From contig JAGIQG010000006.1 in the NCBI GenBank assembly GCA_024679065.1, positions 7,998,001 through 8,062,000 on the forward strand: a DNA stretch of 64,000 nucleotides, in the 5' to 3' direction. Of the stretch, positions 48,201 through 61,419 are shown one piece after another (position 1 is the stretch's first letter; each line of letters starts with the position of its first letter). A program made the translations under genes and the position numbers. Below the pieces are notes generated by a model, which had not been told where the DNA came from, ran no database searches, and was given only the letters and a program-made list of their open reading frames with translations. The DNA is from Sphyrna mokarran (Eukaryota).

Positions 48201-48548
48201 ATCAGCTAGATAGTCAATATCTTTTCCCAAGGGTAAGGCTGTCTAAAACTAGAGAGCATAGATTTAAGGTGAGAGATGAGAGATACAAAAGTTTCCAAAG
48301 GGGCAATTTTTTTCACACAGAGGGTGGTAAGTGCCTGGAACAAGCTGCCAGAGGTAGTAGTAGAGGATTTTTTGTCTTTTAGATAATATTTTGACAGTCA
48401 CATGGGTAAGATGCGTATAAAGGGATATGGGCCAAATGTGGGCAATTGGGACTAGCTTTGGGGCTTAAAAAAAAAGACGGCATGGGCAAGTTGGGCCAAA
48501 GGGCCTGTTTCCATGCTGTAAACCTCTATGACTCTATTACTCTATGAT
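45260..48548 (+). mobile_element. Long degenerate CR1 (ORF1 esterase C-terminus plus ORF2) with a CTATGACT-type tail
   Basis: DGLHLNWTGTN (ORF1), YFNAR and IAITET (EN), and RT ORFs 46930-47343 and 47774-48382. Confidence 0.9.
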
Positions 48549-48832
48549 TCTATTACTCTGTATAAGAAGGAAGGATAGCAAGAATAATCCAGGTAATTAC
48601 AGGCTGGTGAGCCTTACATCTGTAGTAGAGAAATTATTGGAGTGGATTCCTCGAGAAAGGATTTATTCCCATTTGGAAATTAGTGGACGTATTAGGGGGC
48701 GACAACATTGTTTTAAGAAGGGGAGGGCATGTCTTATGAATTTGACCGTGTTTTTCGAGGAAGTGGCGAAAATGATTGATGAAGATACGGCAATAGATGT
48801 TGCCTACATGGACATCAGTAAGGCCTTTGATA

Positions 48833-51775
48833 ACTGCAACTTCTGACATCCCTCCACACTATCCACAACATCTCCAACATTTCTGTCATCAGCAAACTTA
48901 CCAACCCATCCCTCCACTTCCTCATCCAGGTCATTTATAAAAATCACAAAGAGCAAGGATCCCAGAAAATATCTCTGGGGTACTCCACTGGTGACCAACC
49001 TCCATGCAGATTATGACCCATCTAAAACCATTCTTTGCTTCTGTGGGCAAGCCAGTCCGGACCCATAAAGCAATGTCCACTTGATCCCATGCCCCCTCAC
49101 TTTCTCAGTAAGCCTTGCATGAGACATCTTATCAAATGCCTTGCTGAAGTCCATATAAGCTACATCCACTGCTCTTCCTTCATCAATGTGTTTGGTCACA
49201 TCCTCAAAAAATTTAGTTAGACTCATAAGGCATGATCTGCCTTTGACAAAGCCATGCTGACTGTTCTTAATCATATTATACCTCTCCAAATGTTCATTAA
49301 TCCTGCCTCTCAGGATCTTCTCCATCAACTTACCAACCACTGAAGTCAGAATCACTGGTCTATAATTTCCAAGGCTATCTCTACTCTCTTTCTTAAATAA
49401 AGGAATAATACCTGAATCCTCTGGAACCTCTCCCGTTTTCTTTGATGATGCAAAGATCATCGCCAGAGGCTCAGTAATCTCTTCCCTTGCTTCCCATAGT
49501 AACCTGGGGTACATTCCATCTGGTCCCAATGACTTAGCTAACTTGATACTTTTCAAAAACTCCAACACATCCTCCTTCTTAATATCTATATGCTCAAGCT
49601 TTTCAGTCCACTGCAAGTCTGCACTACAATCACCAAGATCCTTTTCCATAGTGAATACTGAAGTAAAGTATTCATTAAGTATCTCTGCTATTTCTTCTGG
49701 TTCCATACAAACTTTCCCACCATCACACTTGATAGGACCTATTTTTTCACGTCTTATCCTCTTGCTGTTAACATACTTGCAGAATGCCTTGGGATTTTCC
49801 TTAATCCTGCCTACCAAGGCCTTCTCATGAGGCCCCCTGGCTCTCCTAATTTCCTTCTTAAGATCTTTCCTATTAGCCATATACTCTTCTAGATCTCTAA
49901 CATTACCTAGCTCTCTGAACCTTTTGTAAGCTTTTCTTTTCTTCTTGACTAGATTTAGAACATAGAACATAGAACAATGCAGCACAAACAGGCCCTTCGG
50001 CACACGGGTTGCACCGATCACATCTACCAATCCACAGACCTATCTATAACCCCCTATCCTATTCGTTTCCATATACTCATCCAGAAGTCTTTTAAAAGAC
50101 CCCAGTGAGTTTGCCTCAACAACCTCCGACGGCAGTCGGTTCCATTCACTCACTACCCTCTGAGTGAAAAACTTACCCCGATATCTCCTCTGTATTTGCT
50201 TCCCTGCACCTTAAATCTGTGTCCTCTCGTAGTGACCATTTCAGCTCGAGGAAATAGTCTCTGAGAGTCCACCCTATCTATTCCTCACATCAATCTATTA
50301 CAGCCTTTGTACACCATGGTTCCTGTAACCTACCCTGTCTCATTGGGATGTTGCTATGCAGAACTCCAAGCAAATATTCCCTGAAAATTTGCCACATTTC
50401 TTTCATACATTTCCTTGATAAAAGCTCTTTCCAATTTAAGCCTCCAATTTCCTGCCTGATAGCCTCATAATTCCTCTTATTCCAATTAAACACTTTTCTA
50501 ACTTATCTGATCCTATCTCTCTCCAATGCTGTTGTAAAGAAGAATTATAATTACTATCTCCAAAATGCTCTTCCATTGAGAGATTTGACACCAAGTTCAT
50601 TTCCCAATACTAAATCAAGTACAGCCTCCCTCTTATACAGCCTCTCCTCTCTACATACTGTGTCAAGAAACCCTCCTGAACATACCTAACAAACTCCTCC
50701 CCATCTAAACCCCTTACTCTAGGAGATTCCAATCAATATTTGAGAAATTAAAATCTCCCATCATGACAACTTTGTTATTATTACATCTTTCCAGGATCTA
50801 TTTCCCTATCTGCTCCTCAACATCCCTGTTAATATTGGGCGGCCTATAGAAAACTCCCAGTAAAGTTATTGACTTCTTCCTGTTCCTAACCTCCACCCAC
50901 AGACACTCTGTAGACAATCCTCCATGGCATCCATCTTTTCTGCAGCCGTGACACCATCTCTGATCAACAGTGCCACTCCTCTACCTCTCTTGCCTCCCTC
51001 TCTGTCCCTTCTGAGACATCTGAAACCCAGCATTTGAAGTAACAGTTCTGTCCCCGAGTCATCCAAGTCTCTGTAATGGCCGCCACATCATATTTCCAAG
51101 CAGCAATCCATGCTCTAAGCTTATCTGCTTTGTTCACAACACTCTTTGCATTAAAATTGACACATCTCAAACGTTCGATCTGAGCACTCCCCTTCTCCAT
51201 CACCTGCTTATCCTCCCTCTCACACTGTAGACAAGCTTTCTCTATTTGTGAGCTGACCTCCTCTCTCCCAGTCACTTTGATTCCCAACCCCCAACCATTC
51301 TAGTTTAAACTCTCCCCAGTAGCCTTAGCAAACCTCCCTGCCAGGATACTGGTCCCCCTGGGATTCAAATGTCCTTTTTGTACAGGTCACACCTGCCCCA
51401 GAAGAGGTCCCAATGACCCAGAAACCTGAATTCTTGTCCCCTGCTCCAATCCCTCAGCCACGCATTTATCCTCCACTTCATTCTATTCCTACTCTTACTA
51501 TCGCATGGCACAGGCAGCAATCCCAAGATTACTACCTTTGCGGTCCTTCTTCTCAACTCCCTTCCTAACTCCCTATATTTTCCTTTCAGGACCTCTTCCC
51601 TTTTCTTACCTATGTCATTGGTACCTATATGCACCATGACCTCTGGATCTTCTCCCTCCCACTTCAGGATATCTTGGACGCGATCAGAAACATCCCAGAT
51701 CGTAGCACCAGGGAGGCAAACTACCATCTGAATTTCTTGACTGTGTCCACAGATTGCCCGTCCGACCCCCTCACT
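48833..51775 (-). mobile_element. CR1 with partial ORF1 and ORF2, carrying a nested minus-strand CR1 3' end (49956-50290)
   Basis: ORF1 MVVCLPGAT..VHIGTND, EN NFNAKS and AITETW, and RT ORF 49011-50030. Confidence 0.9.
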
Positions 51776-51879
51776 ACTGAGTCAGGATACTCTATAATAT
51801 ACTATACTGTAAGGATTCTATATTTTATCAAGAGTACAGGAGAGCATGCCAGGAGCAACACCAGACATACCTAAAAATG

Positions 51880-52236
51880 AAATGTCAACCTGGTGAAACT
51901 ACCAAACAGGACTACTTATATATGAAACAGCAACAGAGCAAAGCGATTCCACACCCAGTGGATCAGATATAAGCTCTGCAGCCACATCCAGCCGTGAATA
52001 ATAGTAGACAATTAAACAATTCACTGGAGGAGGAGGTTCTATAAATATCTTCATCCTCAATGATGGAAGAGTACAACACATCAGTGTAAAAAATAAGGCT
52101 GAAGCATACACAGCAATCTTCAGCCAGAAGTGCCGAATGGTTGATCCATCTTGGCCTCTTCCAGTCGTCCCCAGCATCTCAAATGCAAGTCTTTAGCCAA
52201 TTTGATTCACTCCTTGTATAATCAAGAAATGGTTAG
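51880..52236 (+). mobile_element. Fragment of another non-LTR LINE (ORF2 linker); a related 3' part lies at ~59290-59580
   Basis: ATSSRE..TIKQFTGGGGS.NIFILNDG..DKAEAYTAIFSQKCR and SPFAWMSTAP..LKK..QDKAA motifs. The clade is not firmly assigned. Confidence 0.55.
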
Positions 52237-53029
52237 AAACAAAAGCAGAAAATGCTAGAAATTCTCAGCAGGTCTGACAGCATCTGTGGAGAGAAAATAG
52301 AGCCAACATTTTGAGTCAGGATGACTTTTCGTCTAATTACTGGTATGTATGTTAAATATTAAGTGAGTGGGCAGGATTTCCAGTGTATTACCAAATAGGA
52401 TCCTGAGCTTTCACTTGCCAGGAGACAGATCACCTGAGCAATTATTAGAAAGCAAGTTTCTAGTTGGCCACCTCCACACTCTTTGTCTGATTAAGGATAC
52501 ATGCTGGCTCTCAGTGTAGCTAGTCCAGTAAGAGGTTTGACAGGTCTGGAGCCTTGGTGAGATCTGCTGAGTCACGAGGACTCTGAGGCACAAATGTTGA
52601 TGAAGATTTGAGAGGTGTTAGGTCAGCTGGTCTTCTTTGGGCACAGGCCTCTGGATCTGATCTCCCAGATTGTGATAGTGAGTTGGTAGCCTCCACAAGT
52701 GGCAGCCATCTATTCTACCACCAGCAAAATCCCAACAAGGCTGAGCAATCGTTCCCAATTAGAGCCTTAAGTATTTAATTTGCCTACTTCCTGACAGCCT
52801 CCCAGATTATCCATGGACATTTCCCTTGTGGTGAAGATGCGCTCCCCTCCCTTTCACTGGCACGCCCAACACTTCCAAGCCATGCCACTTGTAGGACAGG
52901 AAAATGCAACATGATACAGGAGAATTTTTACCCCAATTTGGTAAGAATAACAAAACTTTGTGTGTCTTTAATCACACCTTTGATGTAAAAAAACATTCTG
53001 AGAACATAACAGGCAAAACCTGATAAGGG

Positions 53030-53470
53030 AGATTTGATTTGATTTGATTTATTATTATCACATGTATTAACATACAGTGAAAAGAATTGTTTCTAGCATG
53101 CTACACCAACAAAACATACTGTTCGTAGAGAAGGAAACAAGAGAGGGCAGAATATAATATTAACTCACAGTTAGGGTATAGAGAAAGATCAACATAATGC
53201 AAGTGAAGTCCATTCAAAACTCTGACAACAGCAGGGAAGAAGCTGTTCTTCAGTCGATTGATACTTGACTTCACACTTTTGTATCTTTTTCCCAAAGGAA
53301 GAAGGTGGAAGAGAGAATGTTCGGGGTGCGTGGGGTCCTTAGTTATTGTGGCTGCTTTACAGAGGCAGCAGGAAGTGTAAGTGGAGTCAATAGATGGGAT
53401 GCTAGTTTGAGTGATGGTTTGGGCTTCATTCATGTCCTTTCGTAGTTCCTTGCGGTCTTGGTCAGAACAG
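53030..53470 (-). mobile_element. Rex1/Babar-like LINE 3' end
   Basis: KAATITKDPTHPEHSLFHLLPLGKRYKS..RLKNSFFPAVVRVLN followed by an (AATCA)n tail. Confidence 0.75.
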
Positions 53471-53519
53471 GAACATAGAATATTATAGCGCAGTACAGGC
53501 CCTTTGGCCCTCGATAAGA

Positions 53520-56500
53520 AGAGGGGAATTATGAGTGTGATGCCAGTTTGTTGTTCTCAGTGTCAGATGTGGGAAATCCTGAAGTCTCCTGGATGTCCAT
53601 ATCTGTGCTAGGTGCTGCGGCTCCTAAGGGACTGTGTTAAGGAGCTGGAGGTGCAGTTTCAGGACCTCTGTCTGGTCAGAGAGAACGAGGAGGTGATAGA
53701 TAGGAGTTACAGACAGGTGATCACACCAGAGCCACTGGAGGCAGGCAAGTGGGTCACAGTTAGGAAGGGAAAAGATCAGGTGCTAGAGAGCACCCCGGTG
53801 GATGTGCCTCTTCACAGTAAGTACTCCTCTTTGAATACTATTGTGGGGGACAGCCCACCTGGTAGAAGCAGCAGTGGCCATACCTCCGGCGCACAGTCCG
53901 GCCCTGTAGCTCATAAGAGTAAGGAAAAGAGGAGGAAGGCAGTGTTAATCTAGGGGACTCTACAGTGAGGGGGTTGGACAGGCGATTTTGTGGAGGTAGA
54001 TGGGAAACGCGGATGGTAGTTTGCCTCCCTGGTGCCAGGATCTGGGATGTTTCTGGTCATATCCGAGAAATCTTGAAGTGGGATGGAGAAGAGCCAGAGA
54101 TCGTGGTACATATTGGTACTGCCGACGGAGGTAGGAAAAGGGAAGGGGTCATGAAAAGAGAATATAGGGAGTTAGGTAGAGATTTGAGAAGGAGGAACGC
54201 AAAGGTACTAACCTCGGGTTTTCTGCCTGTGCCACGAGAAAGTGAGAGCAGAAATAGAATAAGCTGGAAGATAAATGCGTGGCTAAGGGATTGGTGCAGG
54301 GGGCAGGGATTCAGTTTCCTGGATCATTGGGACCTCTTTAGGTGTGACCTGTACAAAAAGGACGGGTGGCACTTGAATCCCAGGGGGACCAATATCCTTG
54401 TGGGAAGGTTTACTAAGACTACTGGGGAGACTTTAAACTAGAATGGTTGGTGGGAGGGAATTGAAATGAAGTGACTGGGAGGAAGGAGGTTAGCTTGTAA
54501 ATAGAGAGAGCTTGTCAACAGTATAAGAGGGAGGATAGGCAGGTGATGGAGAAGGGGACTGCTCAGGCTGAAAGTTTGAGATAAATCCATTTTAATGCAA
54601 GGAGTGTTGTGAACAAAGTGGATGAGCTTTGAGTGTGGATCGCTGCTTGGAAATGGGATGTGGTGGCCATTACAGAGACTTGGATGACTTAGGGATAGCA
54701 CTGGATACTTAAAGTGCCACGTTTCAGATGTTCCAGGAGGGACAGGAAGGGAGGTAAAAGAGGTGGGGAAGTGGCACTGTTGATCAAAAATAGTGTCACG
54801 GCTATACAGATTGTCTATGGAGTCACTGTGGGCAGAAGTTCAGAACAGGAAGAGGTCAATAACTTTACTGGGTATTTTCTACTGGCCGCCCAGCAGTAAC
54901 AGGGAGATGAGGAGCAGATAGTGAAACAGATCCTGGAAAGATGTAATAGTAACTGAGTTGCATTATGGGAGACTTTAATTTCCCAAATATTGATTGGAAT
55001 CTCTCTAGGGTAAGGGGATTAGATGGGAAGGGGTTTGTTAGGTGTGTTCAGTAGAGTTTCCTGACACAGTATGGGGATAAGCCTACAAGAGGAGAGGCTG
55101 TACTTGATTTGGTGTCAGATTTTTCAGTGGGAGAGCATTTTAGGGATAGTGATCATAACTCTATCTTCTTTACACTAACATTAGAGAGAGATAGGATTAG
55201 CCTAGCTAGGAAAGTGTTCATCTGGAGTAAAGGAAATTATGAAGCCATCCGGCAGGAAATTAGAAGCATAAATTGGAATGAGATTTTCTAGGGGAAATGT
55301 ACAGAAGTAATGTGGCAGATTTTCAAGGAATGTTTGTCTGGAGTTCTGCACAACAACGTTCGGATGGGACAGGGAAGTTATGATAAGTTACAGGAACCAT
55401 GGTGCACGAAAGTTGTAATTAATCTAGTCAAAAAGAAAAGCGTACAAAAGGTTCAGAGAGCTAGGTATTGTTAGGGATTCAGAGGAGCATACAACTTGTA
55501 GAAAGGAGCTTGAGAAGGAAATTAGGAGAGCCAGAAGAGGTCATGAAAAGGCCTTAGTAGGTAAGATTAAGGAAAACTCCAAGGAACAAGTATGTGAAGA
55601 GCAGAAGGATGAGACGTGAAGGAATAGGACCTATCAAATGTGACGGTGAGAAAGTTTGTATAGAGCCGGTAGAAATAGTAGTTTGTATAAAGCCGGTAGT
55701 AACAGTTTCACAGTGGAAAAGGATCTTAGTTGTTGTAGTGCAGGCTTGCATCGGACTGAAAAACTTGAGTATGTTGACATTAAGAAAGAGAATGTGTTGA
55801 AGCTTTTGAAAAGCATCAAGTTAGATAAGTTGCCGGGACTGGATGGAATGTACCCAAGATTACTGTGAGTGGCGAGGGAAGAGATTGCAAAGCCTCTGGC
55901 AATAATGTTTGCATCATTGACAGAGACGGGAGAGCTTTTGGAGGATTGGAGGATTGCAAGTGTGGTTCCTCTATTCAAGAAAGGGAGTAGAGATAGCCCA
56001 GGAAGTTATTGACCGGTGAATCTAACCTCAGTGGTTGGTAAATTGAGGGAGAAGATCCTAAGAGACAGGATTTATGAACATTTGAAGAAGTATGATCAAA
56101 AATAGTCAGCACGGCGTTGTCAAAGGCAGATCATGTCTTACGAGCCTGTTTGAGTTTTTTGAAGATGTGACTAAACACATTGACAATGGAAGAGTGGTAC
56201 ATGTGGTTTAAATGGACTTCAGCAAGGCGTTCGATAAGGTCCTTCATGCAAGGCTTATTGAGAAAGTGATGGGGCATGGGATCCAAGGGCACATTGCTTT
56301 GTGGATCCAGAACTGGTTTGCCCACAGAAGGCAAAGAGTGGTTGTAGATGGGTCTTTTTCTGCATGGAGGTCTGTCACCAGTGGAGTGTCCTGTTGTTCT
56401 GGGACCCTTGCTCTTAGTGATTTTATAAATGACCTGGATGAGGAAGTGGAGGGATGGGTTGATAAATTTGCCACTGACACAAAGGTCGGAGGTGTTGTGG

Positions 56501-57532
56501 ATAGTTTGGAGGGATGTCAGAAGTTGCAGTGAGACATAGGATGCAAGACTGGGCGGAGAAGTGGCAGATGGACTTTAACCCAGATAAGTGTGTGGTGGTT
56601 CATTTTGGCAGGTCAAATGGGATGAAGGAATATAATATTAAGGGTAAAGCTCTTAGTAGTGTGAAATTTCAGAAAGATCTTGGGGCCCAGGTTCACGGGA
56701 CTCTGAAATTGGCTTCACAGGTCGAGGAAGTGGTTAAGAAGACATATGGTGTACTGGCCTTCATCAATCGAGGAATCAAACTTAGGAGTCAGGAGATAAT
56801 GCTGCAGCTATATAAGACCCTGGTCAGATCCCACTTGGAGTACTGTGCTTAGTTCTGGTTGCCTCATTACAGAAAGGATGTGGAAATCATTGAAAGGATG
56901 CAGAGGAGATTTACAATGATGTTCTGTGGACTAGGTGGCATGCCTTATGAGAATAGGTTGGGAGAACTCAGTCTTTTCTCCTTGAAGAGACGAAGGATGA
57001 GAGGTGACCTGATAGAGGTTATAAGATGCTGAGTTATAGATTGAGTGGATTCTCAAAGGCTTTTTCCCAGGGCTGAAATGGCTACCACAAGAGGACACAG
57101 GTTTAGGGTGCTGGGGAGTAGGCACAGAAGAGATGTCAGGGGTGGTGGGTGCGTGGAATCAGCTGCCAGCATTGATGGAGGCAGATTCATAGAACATAGA
57201 ACATTACAGCGCAGTACAGGCCCTTCGGCCCTCGATGTTGCGCCGGCCAGTGGACCCTCTAACCTAAACTATTCCAATATCATCCATATGCCTATCCACC
57301 GAACATTTGAATGCCCCCAAAGTAGGCGAGTCCACAACTGCTGCAGGCAGGGCATTCCACGCCCTCACCACCACCACCATTCGATACACTCTTTTAAGAG
57401 ACTTCTGGATGAATACATGGGACTTAGTAAGATTGAGGGTTATAGGTAAGCCTAGTAAGTAGAGATATGTTTGGCACAACTTGTGGACCGAAGGGCCTGT
57501 TTATGCTATAGTTTTTCTATGTTTTATGTTCT
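53520..57532 (+). mobile_element. Near full-length degenerate CR1: ORF1 (Cys-rich N-terminus, coiled coil, SGNH/GDSL esterase) plus ORF2, with a nested minus CR1 3' end at 57188-57378
   Basis: CCSQCQMW..HICARC, GDSTVRG, VVHIGT and DGWHLNPRG in ORF1. EN/RT motifs carry many stops. The nested insert is flanked by ATTC. Confidence 0.9.
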
Positions 57533-57557
57533 ACTGGGAGTAAATAATGTTACAGGA

Positions 57558-57725
57558 TGGAATTCTACAGTCCTTCCTGCTAACAGGATCTTCTGGTCCC
57601 GCCAATGTTAGCACTTATCATGGATCTCTGATGGTAGCTTGGGCAAGGAATGTAAATCACCATCAACTTCAACAGGACTGGAAGATCCCACCCAGCGGCA
57701 ATGGCAAGAGGGACTGGAGAATTCT
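57558..57725. mobile_element. Short MITE-like palindromic element
   Basis: Imperfect terminal inverted repeats GAATTCTACAGTCC..GGACTGGAGATTC. Similar to 11465-11640 and 11890-12050. Confidence 0.5.
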
Positions 57726-58127
57726 AGTCACAGAATCAGGAGTCATTCGTGCACATGAAGAGGCCATTCAGTCTTTCCATATATGACCCTTGCTGAGAGA
57801 TGTAAATATAGCTTTTATTAACTATTAAGGGTAAATATCATTGTACCTACAGTGGTGAAGATAAGCACTTTGGTGGCAGGGTGAACACTATAGCAATCAC
57901 AGTTGTAGGACTAACTTCTATCGTAACCATGGCCTTAAGGTTTCGCAGTACAGTGTGATGTAAAGATGTACTTTTCCATAAAAAGCCTCAAATGCTGCAG
58001 TGGGATTTGAACCTATAACCCTCTGATTCAGAGATGAGAGTACTACCAACTAAACCACATCCAATGAGTTTTTTGAGTTAAATAGCTCACCCTCAATGTA
58101 CACTGGAGAATGTGGCAATGATTTCAG

Positions 58128-58362
58128 ATCAACTGGTTTATCCTTATTGAGGCATTTTCCTTCTTTGGGCTTCCAATGAGCTCACATCAATTTCCACCAT
58201 TTACAGTTGTCCATGATCCACTTGATTGAGCTCTAAATGTGACCACATGTTGGTAAGATTCCTTCCTCATCCAGCTAACACTGGCCAGCATGTGAATAAA
58301 AAAGGGCTATGTAACTGCAGCTCCCTCAGTCCCATTCACCACTGGGTCATTTCCACTAGCAC
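58128..58362 (-). pseudogene. Pseudogenised, 3'-truncated paralog of V exon V2
   Basis: Same acceptor and adjacent intron as V2. Reads ASGNDPVVNGTEGAAVT*PFFIHMLASVSWMRKESYQHVVTFRAQSSGSWTTVNGGN*CELIGSPKKENASIRINQLI*. Stops at 58307-58309 and 58187-58189, B-strand Cys lost, 15-nt deletion, and homology ends before the F strand. Confidence 0.88.
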
Positions 58363-59919
58363 CTGAGGAAAGGACAAACAACAGAATGATCAGTGTCTGG
58401 ATGATGTCCTGATTCAAGTAGGATCGTTATCATTTCAAATGAAATCCCAATAGTTGTTTTAACCAATCAAACTACACCACAAGACATTAGCTCTGATCTC
58501 GCTCCACATGTTGTCAGATCTGCTGAGATTTCCAGTATTTACTGTTCATGTTTAAACAGGATTCCTTACATATTTAAAAACATATCTAATTATCAGTATC
58601 TGTGTGAAATACTGAAAGAATGGGGCCGATTGTTGTTTGCTTTCAGCAGGAACAACAAGAAATTGTGTTCATATATCGACTTAACATTAGTAACACATCC
58701 CAAAGTGTTTCAGATCAGTGTGATCAGATAAAATTTGAAACTGAAGCACATAAGGAAAGTTGATCAAAACTGTGGTCAAAGAGAGGTGTTTTTGGGATTA
58801 ATGAAAACAAAGGGGGCAGCCAATCAAATCCACATTATGAATAAACTAAGAGGAATGTATAAATTAAATCTTTTTTTTGGCTAAAATGTATTTCCTATTC
58901 TATGGCCATTCAAGATGACGCCCATAGTATCAAACAAAATAAAATCAATCGAATGAAACTGGATTTATCTTTATAAAGATGTACAAACAATAAATACCAA
59001 ATTATAAATAACAAAGGATGCTAAATCAGAGGAAAATAAATCAGGAGAAAGGAAATTATGTTACTATTACTGTGTCTCTGCAGTAGGCACAATTTACAAG
59101 CAAAATAAATTCTTGTTTTAAGAGATGATAAAGCCCTCCAGTGACATATTTTGATCATTGCCCAGAAACTGAACTGGACCAGCCACAAAAATAGTGTGGA
59201 TACAAAACAGATCAGATAGGGAATTCTGCAGGGAGTACATCCTGGCTTTTCAATTCTTGTGAACCACTGACAGATCACAAGGTTAAGACTGTGACCAAAA
59301 ACTCTCCCTTTGCCTGGATGAGCACAGCTCCAATAATTCTCAAGAAGGTCACCCAGGACAAAGCAGCCCAGTTGTCTGCACAATGTGACAGCAATGTGTA
59401 CCAGATAAAAAATGCACAGCAGCAACTTGTCAAAGCTCCTTTAACAGTAGCTTCCAGATTTATAATCTCCGATAGAGAACAACATGAGCAGCAGACCTTG
59501 ATGGAACACCACTTGCAAGTTTCCCTCCAAGTCACACACCATAGTGGATCAAAAATCTGAAACACTTTCCAACAGCAGTATACAAATTACAATAGACCTC
59601 AATGAATAGAGGTGTCTGGGGTTTTAATCAGGTCTCCAATACCTTAGCACGTTTAGGCTGTGAGGAGCTGAATTATACAGATCATGAAGGGATCCGTTTC
59701 AATCACCGATCTGTCCTATTTTAGACAATCCCAACTGGGCTGCAATAGGGATTCTCCATTGGTTTAACTGCTACAGGAGTAGGGGATGAAATAGTGTTCT
59801 GGGTTCCTGCTGCTGTTGATAGCCAGTGACTTCTGCTGGACATGTACTGTCTGATTCAATCAGAATAGCACAAACGTTTAAATACTTGCCAAGGCACACA
59901 GACAAAGGTCCACCCATGA

Positions 59920-60716
59920 ATCAATTGGGCCAGTGGGCTGATGAATGGCAGATGGAGTTTAATTTAAACAAATGTGAAGTAATGCATTTTGGAAGATTGA
60001 ACCTGGGCAGGATTTACTGATAGGGTATTGGGGAGAATTACAGAACAGAGATCTAGAGGTACATGTTCATAGCTCCTTGAAAGTGGAGTCACAGGTGGAC
60101 TGAGTGGTGAAGAAGGCATTCAGCATACTTGTATAAGACATTGGTAAGGCCACACTTGGAATACTGGGTGCAATTCTGCTCAACCTATTGTAGAAAGGAT
60201 ATTATTAAACTAGAAAGAATGCAGAAAAGATTTATTAGGATGCTACCGGGACTTGATGGTTTGAGTTATAAGGAGTGGCTCAATAGGCTGGAAGTTTTTA
60301 CTCTGGACCACAGGAGGCTGAGAGGTGACCTTATAGAGGTCTGTAAAATAATGAGGGTCATAGACAAGGTAGATAGTCAATATCTTTTTCCAAAAGTCGG
60401 GGAGTCTAAAACTAGAGAGCATAGGTTTATGGTGAGAGGAGAGAGATACAAAAGTATCCAGAGGGGCAATTTTTTCACACAGAAGATAGTGAGTGTCTGG
60501 AATAAACTGTCAGAGGTAGTAGTAGAGGCAGGTACAATTTTGTTTTTTAGAAAGCATTTAGACAGTTACATCGGTACGATGGGTATAGAGGAATATGGGC
60601 CAAATGTGGGCAATTGGGATTAGTTTAGGGGTTTTAAAAAAAAAGGGCGGCATGGACAGGTTGGGCCGAAGGGCCTGTTTCCTGCTGTAAACCTCTATGA
60701 CTCTGTGACTCTATGA
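59920..60716 (+). mobile_element. CR1 3' fragment with CTATGACT tail
   Basis: ORF 60129-60623 (LVRPHLEYWVQF..GNFFTQKIVSVWNKL). Confidence 0.9.
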
Positions 60717-60789
60717 CAGGATTTCACTTTTAACAAAAGAAACTATCATTTTAATATTGTTTAAAAACATTATGCTCTCAGGTTTACTT

Positions 60790-61095
60790 AGAATCATTGA
60801 ATTCCGTACAGTGCTAAAGGATGCCATTTAGCCCATTAAGTTTGCACCGACAACAATCCCACTCAGGCCCTATCCCCATAACCCCATGGATTTACCCTGA
60901 TAATCCCCTGACACCAAGAGGCAATTTAGCATTATCAATCAACTTTAGCCACAAATCTTTGGACTGAGGAGGAAACTGGAGCAGCGGGAAGAAACCCTGC
61001 AGACATAGAGAATATGCAGATTCTGCACAGTCACCCAAGGCTGGAACTGAACCTGCGTCCCTGGCACGATGAGGCAGAAGTGGTAACCATATTGC
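60790..61095 (-). mobile_element. V-SINE with CR1-type tail (HE1-like)
   Basis: Minus-strand tRNA head, V-domain (GGAGGAAACTGGAGC on the plus strand) and a CR1-like 3' end. Confidence 0.8.
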
Positions 61096-61419
61096 TTCCC
61101 ATACTCTATACTTATCCCAAGAACTCTCTTAAAAGACATATCAACCTTAAAGTTATTTATTTCTGTGGGAGCACCCATAATAATGCTACAATCTTCTGAA
61201 GAATTCTCTTCAGCTCCAGCAATTCCTAAGAGGCAAATCTTTCTTTTACCCCTTTCTTAGCTGTGGAGACCTCAATCCCGTGTTTTGGTTATTTTTCCAA
61301 CATTTCCAACCTAATTTGCTGGTGTCTTTTGCAATGAGAGACAGAGAACAACATTAGATTCTCCTACACACTGCAAAATCAACAATCTATCAGCAACTGT
61401 TCCTCATCAATTTTTTTTA

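Noticed and set aside
53612-54441. Host SGNH/GDSL esterase gene
   Set aside because: This is the known CR1 ORF1 esterase domain. It is directly followed by ORF2 and contains stops.
58940-59920. Possible TM or cytoplasmic exons of the receptor family
   Set aside because: An acceptor-like site near 59021 leads to a short frame with no convincing TM segment. The rest resembles old LINE/SINE sequence, and the position is upstream of the V pseudo-exon.
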